This document shows, piece by piece, positions 27,653 through 34,444 of a stretch of DNA of 34,444 bases. The stretch covers positions 1-34,444 of the forward strand of contig CAZCVB010000001.1 in the NCBI GenBank assembly GCA_964501805.1, in the 5' to 3' direction. A program made the position numbers and the translations under genes. Position 1 is the stretch's first letter. Every line of letters starts with the position of its first letter. The DNA is from an uncultured Desulfobacteraceae bacterium. GTDB taxonomy: Bacteria > Desulfobacterota > DSM-4660 > Desulfatiglandales > Desulfatiglandaceae. The notes below the pieces were generated by a model. That model did no database searches. It was not told where the DNA came from and worked only from the letters and a program-made list of their open reading frames with translations.

Positions 27653-29752
27653 ATGATAAAAAATTGTTCCATAGAGATTAACGGTCAGCACCTCAACATG
27701 GAGACGGGCCGGATTGCCAGGCAGGCAAGCGGCTCCGTCGTCGTCACGCTGGGGGAAACGGTCGTACTGGTGACGGTCGTCGCTACGGATTCGATTCGTG
27801 AGGGGATCGATTTTCTTCCCCTGACCGTTGAATACCAGGAGATGTCCTATGCGGGCGGCCGGATCCCGGGAAATTTTTTCAGGAGAGACATGGGAAGGCC
27901 CTCCGAGAGGGAGACCCTGACATCCCGGTTGATCGACCGGCCCATTCGACCGCTGTTTCCCGAGAATTATCGCTACGAAACCCAGATCATCGCCACCGTG
28001 TTCTCCACCGACAAGGAGAACGAGGCCGACGTGCTCGCCCTGCTCGGGGCCTCGGCGGCCCTCGAGATCTCCGATATCCCCTTTCTGGGCCCCATCGCGG
28101 GGGTCCGGGTGGGACGGGTGGACGGCCGGTTCGTCGTCAACCCGACCATCAGCCAGCAGGAAGAGAGCGACATCAACCTCGTGGTGGCCGGCAACCGGAC
28201 CGGTGTCGTCATGGTGGAGGCGGGCACCCGTTTCGTTTCCGAGTCGGACATCCTCGACGCGATCTTTTTCGGTCACGAGGCCCTGCAGCCGATGCTCGAC
28301 ATGCAGGAGGAACTCAAGTCCGCGGTGGGAAAACCCAAGCGGGTCATCCCTCCGAAAGCGGTGGTGGAAGATCTCGAGGAAAAGGTCCGCGCCGCGGCGG
28401 TTCCCTTACTGAAAGAGGTGATCTCCATCCCGGACAAGATGCTCCGCCAGCAGAAACGGAAAGAGGCCGTCGCCGCGGTGGTGGAGGCCCTTTCCGATTC
28501 CTTTGAGGGACAGGCATCCGAGATCAAGACCCTGGTGCATGACCTGGAAAAGGAGCTGGTCCGGCACATGATCCTGGAGGAAGGAAAGCGGATCGACGGT
28601 CGGTCCTTTACCGAGGTCCGGCCCATTGAATGCCTGGCCGGCATCTTTCCGCGGGTCCATGGCTCCGCCCTGTTCACCCGGGGAGAGACGCAGGCCATCG
28701 TCCTGACCACCCTGGGGACCGAGCGGGACGAGCAGCGGATGGAGTCCATATACGGGGATTATTTCCGATCGTTTATCCTCCATTACAATTTTCCGCCTTA
28801 CAGCGTGGGCGAGGCCAAGCGTCTGGGATCTCCCGGGCGCAGAGAAATCGGGCACGGCGCCCTTGCCAGGCGGGCGCTCCAGCCGGTGATGCCGGACAGC
28901 GAATCGTTCCAGTACTGTGTTCGGGTCGTCTCCGAGATCCTCGAATCCAACGGATCCTCCTCCATGGCGACCGTCTGCGGCGGATCCCTCTCCCTTATGG
29001 ACGCGGGCGTCCCCGTAAAGGAAGCAGTGGCGGGCGTGGCCATGGGGCTCGTTTCCGACGGGGACAAGGTCGTCGTGCTGACAGATATCATCGGGGATGA
29101 GGACCATTACGGGGACATGGACTTCAAGGTGACGGGGACCCGGGAGGGCGTCACTGCCCTCCAGATGGACATCAAGGTGGAGAACCTGACCCGGGAGACC
29201 CTGGACCAGGCCCTCCGCCAGGCAAAGGACGCGCGGCTCCATATCCTGGACCGGATGGGTGAGGCCATTTCCAGGCCGAGAACCCAGGTATCCGAGTATG
29301 CCCCGGTGATCACCACCATCCAGATAAAGCCCGAAAAGGTCCGGGTCCTGATCGGCCCGGGCGGAAAAACCATCCGGGAAATCTCCAACGCCTGCGATGT
29401 GCGGATCGACGTGGATGACGAGGGAAACGTTACCATCTCCTCCGCCGAAAAGAGCGCAGCGGACGCGGCCGTTGAGCGGATCAACGAACTCCTGCAGGAA
29501 GTGGAAGTCGGCAAGCTGTACAAAGGAAAGGTCGTAAAGATCATGGACTTCGGCGCCTTTGTGGAGATCTTTCCGGGAACGGACGGGCTCGTCCATATCT
29601 CCCAGCTGGACCGGGAGCGGGTGAACCGGGTGACCGACGTGCTGAACGAGGGTGACGAGGTCCTCGTAAAGGTCCTGGAGGTGAACGCCGACGGAAAGAT
29701 CCGGCTGTCCCGAAAGGCGGCGCTGGGGATGAGCCTCGACGATGTATCATAA
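27653..29752 (+). CDS. pnp: Polyribonucleotide nucleotidyltransferase (PNPase)
   Basis: 699-aa ORF with two RNase PH-like halves ([10 protein letters not shown]..., [21 protein letters not shown]), KH ([20 protein letters not shown]) and S1 ([15 protein letters not shown]). Confidence 0.95.
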   Translation: MIKNCSIEINGQHLNMETGRIARQASGSVVVTLGETVVLVTVVATDSIREGIDFLPLTVEYQEMSYAGGRIPGNFFRRDMGRPSERETLTSRLIDRPIRPLFPENYRYETQIIATVFSTDKENEADVLALLGASAALEISDIPFLGPIAGVRVGRVDGRFVVNPTISQQEESDINLVVAGNRTGVVMVEAGTRFVSESDILDAIFFGHEALQPMLDMQEELKSAVGKPKRVIPPKAVVEDLEEKVRAAAVPLLKEVISIPDKMLRQQKRKEAVAAVVEALSDSFEGQASEIKTLVHDLEKELVRHMILEEGKRIDGRSFTEVRPIECLAGIFPRVHGSALFTRGETQAIVLTTLGTERDEQRMESIYGDYFRSFILHYNFPPYSVGEAKRLGSPGRREIGHGALARRALQPVMPDSESFQYCVRVVSEILESNGSSSMATVCGGSLSLMDAGVPVKEAVAGVAMGLVSDGDKVVVLTDIIGDEDHYGDMDFKVTGTREGVTALQMDIKVENLTRETLDQALRQAKDARLHILDRMGEAISRPRTQVSEYAPVITTIQIKPEKVRVLIGPGGKTIREISNACDVRIDVDDEGNVTISSAEKSAADAAVERINELLQEVEVGKLYKGKVVKIMDFGAFVEIFPGTDGLVHISQLDRERVNRVTDVLNEGDEVLVKVLEVNADGKIRLSRKAALGMSLDDVS

Positions 29753-31010
29753 AACCGTGCTGAAAAACGGCGTCCGGATCATTTCCGAGCCGATTCCGCA
29801 CCTGCGCTCCGTTTCTCTCGGGATCTGGGTAAATGCCGGGTCCCGGGACGAGGCGCCCCCTGAAAACGGCATTTCGCATTTTATCGAGCACATGATTTTC
29901 AAGGGAACCGCCCGTCGTGACGCATTTCGGATCGCCAAGGAACTGGACGCCATCGGGGGGATGTCCAATGCCTTCACCGGAAAGGAGCATACCTGCTTTC
30001 ACGCGAAGGTCCTGGACCGGCACTTCGATCGCCTTGCGGACATCCTCTCCGACATTTTTCTGAATTCAACCTTCGATGACCGCGAGATGGAACGTGAACG
30101 GCAGGTGATCCTCCAGGAGATCAGCATGGTGGAGGACAGCCCCGACGATAAAATCCATGTCCTTTTCAACCGCGGTTTCTGGCGCGATCATCCCATCGGC
30201 AGGTCCATCCTTGGCACCGGCGAGACCGTCAGCGCCATCACCCGGGAGGCGATCCGCGACTACATGGGCCGGTTTTACGTGCCCGAGAGGGTCCTCGTGG
30301 CGGCCGCGGGAAACGTGGATCACCGATCCATGGTCGCGTTTTTTGAACCCCTTTTCGAATCGGCGTTTCCGAGCGGGAGATCCGCTCCGCCCCGGAAGAC
30401 GCCGGGAGTCCGGCCCGGGGCATCCTTTCACTTCAAGGAACTGGAACAGGTCCATCTCTGCCTGGGCGGCGAGGCGCCTTCCCAGAAGGACGAAAAGAGA
30501 TTCGCCTGCGCCGCGTTCAACACCCTGCTGGGCGGAAACATGAGTTCCCGGCTGTTCCAGGAGGTCCGGGAGAAGCGGGGGCTGGCCTACTCGGTTTACT
30601 CCTTTGTCTCCTCTTACGCGGATACCGGCCTCCTGGGCGTCTACCTTGCCACGGATCTCGGAAACGTCAACCTGGCGCTGGAGGTGGTCTCAGGTGAAAT
30701 AAGGAAAATGATCCGGGGCGCGGTCTCCCCTTCGGATCTCGAAGAGGCCAAGGAATACCTGATCGGGGGGCTCTATCTCTCCTCGGAGAATTCCGACAGC
30801 CGCATGATGCGCACGGCGAAAAACGAGTTTATCTACGGGCGCTATATCCCGTTCGAGGAACTGGTCTCGCGGCTGGAGAAGGTCACCGTTGATGACGTGG
30901 TCGCGGTCGCCCGGGACGTTTTCCGGGAAGACCGGGTCTCCCTGACCACCCTGGGACCGGTCAGTGAGGCAGACGTGGACCGTTCCTGCCTCGCCTTCGA
31001 CGCCTGGTAG
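29742..31010 (+). CDS. M16 (pitrilysin/insulinase) family zinc peptidase
   Basis: [11 protein letters not shown] (HxxEH) lies near the N-terminus. 422 aa. It overlaps the pnp end by 11 nt. Confidence 0.85.
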   Translation: MYHKTVLKNGVRIISEPIPHLRSVSLGIWVNAGSRDEAPPENGISHFIEHMIFKGTARRDAFRIAKELDAIGGMSNAFTGKEHTCFHAKVLDRHFDRLADILSDIFLNSTFDDREMERERQVILQEISMVEDSPDDKIHVLFNRGFWRDHPIGRSILGTGETVSAITREAIRDYMGRFYVPERVLVAAAGNVDHRSMVAFFEPLFESAFPSGRSAPPRKTPGVRPGASFHFKELEQVHLCLGGEAPSQKDEKRFACAAFNTLLGGNMSSRLFQEVREKRGLAYSVYSFVSSYADTGLLGVYLATDLGNVNLALEVVSGEIRKMIRGAVSPSDLEEAKEYLIGGLYLSSENSDSRMMRTAKNEFIYGRYIPFEELVSRLEKVTVDDVVAVARDVFREDRVSLTTLGPVSEADVDRSCLAFDAW

Positions 31011-31077
31011 GCGACGGTGTCCACCTCTCTGTTTGATACCGGCCGGTCCCGTGAAAATCTTTTATGGAGGTCCTGGA

Positions 31078-31530
31078 TTGACACGCATTCCCGTCCGCAT
31101 ACGACGGTTAGACGGGTGCGGGGATCTTCCCCTCCCGAGGTATGAATCCGGCGGCGCGTCGGGCATGGATATCCGGGCGTGCGTCGACGCCCCGGTCCGC
31201 CTGGACCCGGGGGATATCCGTTTGATTCCCACGGGTCTCTGCGTTTCCATCCCCCCCGGGTTTGAACTCCAGATCCGCCCCCGCAGCGGCCTCGCCCTCC
31301 GCCACGGCATCGGGATGGTGAATTCGCCCGGAACCATAGACTCGGATTACCGGGGCGAGATCGGGATTATCCTCATCAACTGGGGGGAGAAGGCGTTCAC
31401 CGTGAGAAGGGGCGACCGGATCGGCCAGATGGTCCTCTCCAGGGTGTACCGGGCCGAACTGGAGGCGGTCAACGACCTGGACGCCACGGACAGGGGCGAA
31501 GGCGGCTTCGGCCACTCCGGGCTGAAATGA
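31078..31530 (+). CDS. dut: dUTP diphosphatase
   Basis: [19 protein letters not shown] and [17 protein letters not shown] motifs. The TTG start has GGAGG 7 nt upstream. GTG 31051 is an alternative. The track ORF starts at 30964, inside the M16 gene. Confidence 0.9.
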   Translation: MTRIPVRIRRLDGCGDLPLPRYESGGASGMDIRACVDAPVRLDPGDIRLIPTGLCVSIPPGFELQIRPRSGLALRHGIGMVNSPGTIDSDYRGEIGIILINWGEKAFTVRRGDRIGQMVLSRVYRAELEAVNDLDATDRGEGGFGHSGLK

Positions 31531-31581
31531 GCCGCAGGAGCGAACCGTAAACACCATGATTCCTGCGGATACAGGGACGGC

Positions 31582-32379
31582 ATGTTGAAATTTTCCGTAC
31601 TGGCCTCCGGCAGCGGCGGAAACGCCTGTTATGTGGCCACCGAACAGGCGCGAATCCTTATCGATGCGGGGTTGAGCTGCCGGGAGCTGACACAGCGCCT
31701 GAATGCGCTGGGAGAGGCCCCGAAAAAGCTGGATGCGCTGATCATCACCCATGAACACACGGACCATATCCGGGGCGCGGGACCGGTGGCCCGGCGTTTC
31801 GGACTGCCGGTCTACCTGAACCGGATGACGCATGCCCGCGGCCGAAAGGCCATGGGAAAACTCCCCCGCGTATCAATCATCGAGACCGGCCGGTCTTTTT
31901 CCATCAAGGATGTGTGCGTGGAGACCTTTACCAAGTGTCATGACGCCGCTGATCCCATGGGGATCGTTTTATCCCGGCAGAACGGCGGAACGGATCCGGG
32001 GGAGACGAGAATCGGCATTGTGACGGATCTCGGCCGGAGCACCGCGCTCGTGGAAGACCGCCTGCAAGGGTGCCGGGCCCTGATCATGGAATTTAATTAT
32101 GACCCGGAACTGCTGGAGCGGGGGCCCTATCCGCTGGACCTCAAGAGAAGGATCAGGGGGCAGGACGGGCATCTCTCCAACGGGCAGGCCGGGGATCTCC
32201 TCCGGAGCGTGTCTCACCGGGACCTGGACTTCGTGCTCCTGGCCCATTTGAGTGAAAACAACAACGACCCGGTCAAGGCCCGGGAAGCGGCGGCCGACGC
32301 CCTCGAAGCGGGCGGATGCGCAGCGGCCCGCATTATCGTCACGCGCCAGGACCGGGCGGTCCCCATGATTTATCTGTGA
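31582..32379 (+). CDS. MBL-fold metallo-hydrolase
   Basis: MLKFSVLASGSGGNACYV... and ITHEHTDHIRG (HxHxDH). 265 aa. Confidence 0.8.
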   Translation: MLKFSVLASGSGGNACYVATEQARILIDAGLSCRELTQRLNALGEAPKKLDALIITHEHTDHIRGAGPVARRFGLPVYLNRMTHARGRKAMGKLPRVSIIETGRSFSIKDVCVETFTKCHDAADPMGIVLSRQNGGTDPGETRIGIVTDLGRSTALVEDRLQGCRALIMEFNYDPELLERGPYPLDLKRRIRGQDGHLSNGQAGDLLRSVSHRDLDFVLLAHLSENNNDPVKAREAAADALEAGGCAAARIIVTRQDRAVPMIYL

Positions 32380-32396
32380 CCCGTTCTCCCGCGCCG

Positions 32397-32603
32397 ATGG
32401 ACCGGAAACCGAATGACAGGAAAAGACGGCGGAAAAGAAGAGGATGCGTGTGCAGCTGCTGCGGGAAGGAACGCCCTTTCTGCTGGACCTGTCCGTGCGG
32501 CTTCAGGATCTGCAACGCCTGCATGGAGGAAAACCTGTGGGGCCTTACCTGCAGCGGGGTGAACTGGCAATGCCCGGACTGCGGGGCCTTGCGGCCCTTC
32601 TGA
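32397..32603 (+). CDS. Hypothetical 68-aa polybasic, 12-Cys mini-protein
   Basis: MDRKPNDRKRRRKRRGCVCSCCGKERPFCWTCPCGFRICNACMEENLWGLTCSGVNWQCPDCGALRPF. Third positions are G/C-biased. It exactly fills the gap between the MBL stop and the M48 SD. No obvious SD of its own. Confidence 0.4.
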   Translation: MDRKPNDRKRRRKRRGCVCSCCGKERPFCWTCPCGFRICNACMEENLWGLTCSGVNWQCPDCGALRPF

Positions 32604-32620
32604 TCCAGGGGGAGGATACG

Positions 32621-33484
32621 ATGAAAAATCGGCACTGGTTTCCAGGGGCAAGGCGGCGGCTCCGGTGGAGCATATTCCTTTTTCTTTCGTTTTTGTTCTT
32701 TGCGGCGGGATGCGCCGAGGTCCCGCTGACCCACCGGAAAGGGCTGCACATGGTGCCCGAATCCCAGATGCTCTCCATGAGCTTCCAGCAGTACAATGAA
32801 ATTCTTAAGAAATCCAGGCTCTGCACGGATCCGGAAAAAATCCGTCTCGTGCGGCGGGTGGGAAAACGCATCGCAAGGGCGGCCGAGGAATTTCTCGTGG
32901 ACTCGGGCATGGGGGCGGAGGTCAGGAAGTACCACTGGGAATTCAACGTGATCCAGGACGACGACGTCCTCAATGCCTGGTGCATGCCGGGTGGAAAGAT
33001 CGCCGTATATACGGGCATTCTTCCGGTCACCCGGGACGAGAACGGGCTCGCGGTGGTGCTGGGCCATGAGGTGGCCCATGCCATTGCTCGACATGGAAAC
33101 GAGCGGATGAGCCAGGCCCTCCTGGCCAGCCTGGGAGGGATGGCCCTCTCCGTGGCAATAAGGGAAAAGCCGGATACCACCCGGCGGCTGTATATGGCCG
33201 CGTTCGGCGTGGGGGCGAGCGTCGGCTTTCTCCTGCCCTACAGCCGCATCCACGAATCGGAGGCCGACCGGATCGGCCTGACCCTGATGGCCCGGGCCGG
33301 GTATGACCCGCGGGGGGCGCTGACCTTCTGGAAGCGGATGAAAGAAAAGGAAAAAGGCGGCCGGCCGCCCGAATTTCTGTCCACGCACCCGGCGCCCGCC
33401 GCGCGGATCGCCGCGCTGAAACGCTACATCAACGAGGCCATGCCCTATTATGAACAATCGCTGAAACCCGGACGCCCGCTGTAG
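32621..33484 (+). CDS. M48-family zinc metalloprotease, predicted lipoprotein
   Basis: Signal peptide plus lipobox: WSIFLFLSFLFFAAGC. HEVAHAIARHG (HExxH). GGGGGAGGA SD 4 nt upstream. The track ORF N-terminal extension (32444) is discounted. Confidence 0.85.
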   Translation: MKNRHWFPGARRRLRWSIFLFLSFLFFAAGCAEVPLTHRKGLHMVPESQMLSMSFQQYNEILKKSRLCTDPEKIRLVRRVGKRIARAAEEFLVDSGMGAEVRKYHWEFNVIQDDDVLNAWCMPGGKIAVYTGILPVTRDENGLAVVLGHEVAHAIARHGNERMSQALLASLGGMALSVAIREKPDTTRRLYMAAFGVGASVGFLLPYSRIHESEADRIGLTLMARAGYDPRGALTFWKRMKEKEKGGRPPEFLSTHPAPAARIAALKRYINEAMPYYEQSLKPGRPL

Positions 33485-33537
33485 GCCCGTTCATCTCTCC
33501 GCTTGTGCGCCCCGGCCCGAAGACACCAGGATCCGCC

Positions 33538-34035
33538 ATGACCCGTGATATCTCCCGTATCCCGCACCGCGTCATCCGGGATCCCTTTCTCCACGTGGTT
33601 CTTTATCAGCCCGAAATTCCCGCCAACACCGGGAATATTGCACGCCTCTGCGCGGCAGCCGAGGTCCGGCTGCACCTAATCCATCCACTGGGATTCCGCC
33701 TGGATGACCGGCACCTGAAACGGGCGGGGCTTGATTACTGGCACGAGGTGGACATCCGTTATCACGACAGGTTTTCGGCCTTTCTCGATCATGTGAAAGG
33801 GGCGGGCAGGATCCTCTCCTTCAGTCGCCATGCCGGACCGCTCTACACGGAGGCGGCGGTAGAAAAGGGAGATTTCCTCCTTTTCGGCCGCGAGACGTCG
33901 GGCCTTCCGGCGGAGATCCGTGAGGCATACCCCTGTTACCGGATCCCCATGTGGGGAAAGGTCCGGAGCCTGAACATCTCCACCGCCGTCGGAATCGTGA
34001 CCTATCACTGTCTGCGTCAAACGGGACGTTTCTGA
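33538..34035 (+). CDS. trmL: tRNA (cytidine/uridine-2'-O-)-methyltransferase TrmL (SpoU family)
   Basis: HVVLYQPEIPANTGNIARLCAA...LIHPLGF...LKRAGLDYW...SLNISTAVGIVTY. The ATG has AGGA 7 nt upstream. An alternative GTG lies at 33505. Confidence 0.85.
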   Translation: MTRDISRIPHRVIRDPFLHVVLYQPEIPANTGNIARLCAAAEVRLHLIHPLGFRLDDRHLKRAGLDYWHEVDIRYHDRFSAFLDHVKGAGRILSFSRHAGPLYTEAAVEKGDFLLFGRETSGLPAEIREAYPCYRIPMWGKVRSLNISTAVGIVTYHCLRQTGRF

Positions 34036-34077
34036 GGCCCGGAGGGCCGACCACCGTGCCGGTGTCTCCCGGGGCGT

Positions 34078-34350
34078 TCAAGGCGCGATTTTTTCAGCGT
34101 TTTCGCCGGTAAAGACCAGGGAACGCTCCGGGCCGGCGATGCCGGAAAGATGGCTCTGGAAAACGTTCCGGCCGAAAGGATGGATGCTTCTCAGCCGGCT
34201 GGTATGGACGAAGATCCGGGTCGCTCCTCCGCAGCCGCTTTTCAGGACATTGAGGAGCTGGTGCGCCGAACTTCCGTCAAAATCTCCCGTGAGCTGGATA
34301 TGAAAATTTCCGCTGTTGTGATGGATGGAGATCCTGAAGTTGGATGCCAT
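34078..34350 (-). CDS. STAS-like (anti-sigma-factor-antagonist-like) small protein
   Basis: MASNFRISIHHNSGNFHIQLTGDFDGSSAHQLLNVLKSG...RIFVHTSRLRSIHPFGRNVF resembles the SpoIIAA/STAS layout by eye. GGGAGGA lies 4 nt upstream of the ATG. The track ORF extends to 34395. Confidence 0.5.
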   Translation of the reverse strand: MASNFRISIHHNSGNFHIQLTGDFDGSSAHQLLNVLKSGCGGATRIFVHTSRLRSIHPFGRNVFQSHLSGIAGPERSLVFTGENAEKIAP

Positions 34351-34384
34351 TGAGTCCTCCCGGGGTAGCCGTTTCGGTCCGACG

Positions 34385-34410
34385 GAGCGGCACAAAAGCC
34401 GCTCTTTTTT
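34385..34410 (+). terminator. Canonical plus-strand intrinsic terminator with no obvious plus-strand gene
   Basis: GAGCGGC (34385-34391), loop ACAAAA, GCCGCTC (34398-34404), then TTTTTT (34405-34410). Confidence 0.65.
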
Positions 34411-34444
34411 CAGGAATAGCCCTGGGCGTGCCCGTCCTGCGGGG

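Noticed and set aside
28406-29596. 396-aa ORF antisense to pnp (also 25230-26258 against nrnA, 26230-27036 against truB, and 32339-33457 against M48)
   Set aside because: These are the same class of antisense artefacts opposite confidently assigned genes.
32444-32620. 59-codon N-terminal extension of the M48 protease ORF
   Set aside because: The signal peptide and lipobox begin at the internal ATG 32621, which has a strong SD. The extension overlaps the 12-Cys ORF in another frame.
34150-34353. 67-aa plus-strand ORF antisense to the STAS-like gene
   Set aside because: It is an acidic, motif-free sequence with no SD. The minus-strand ORF has a strong SD and a STAS-like pattern. The ORF is kept in mind only because of the downstream plus-strand terminator.

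Overview
This is a visibly GC-rich bacterial chromosomal segment with strong G/C third-position bias, which explains the many long spurious antisense ORFs in the track. Gene content suggests an anaerobic, Wood-Ljungdahl-type, Desulfobacterota-like organism; that taxon is inference only.

Left third, minus strand:
- pyruvate kinase
- a four-gene signalling operon: an 82-aa ORF, a soluble Rossmann-PAS-PAS histidine kinase, a REC-PAS histidine kinase and a sigma54-dependent activator
- an hdrA(tandem fusion)-mvhD-metV-metF operon (methylene-THF reductase with heterodisulfide-reductase-type flavoprotein), closed by a very strong intrinsic terminator

Middle:
- a long non-coding divergent region
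- three small Cys-rich or zinc-ribbon ORFs
- ppdK
- an alpha/beta hydrolase with a Cys nucleophile
- a convergent corC-family gene

Right half, plus strand, is a classical translation and RNA-metabolism array: tRNA-Gly(CCC), leader terminator, rimP-nusA-ylxR-infB-DUF503-rbfA-nrnA-truB-rpsO-pnp-M16 peptidase-dut-MBL hydrolase-(12-Cys mini-ORF)-M48 lipoprotein protease-trmL. A convergent STAS-like ORF follows.

I found no mobile elements, CRISPR arrays, rRNA, toxin-antitoxin or recognisable defence genes, and no convincing novel multi-gene system. The most unusual items are:
1. The covalently duplicated HdrA with an internal MvhD-like insert, in an MTHFR operon lacking hdrBC.
2. The Rossmann-domain histidine kinase cascade.
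3. A mirror-symmetric divergent promoter module shared by corC and tRNA-Gly.
4. Several Cys-rich mini-ORFs.
5. Leader or orphan terminators near rimP and the STAS gene.

All family assignments come from reading motifs by eye; no searches were run.
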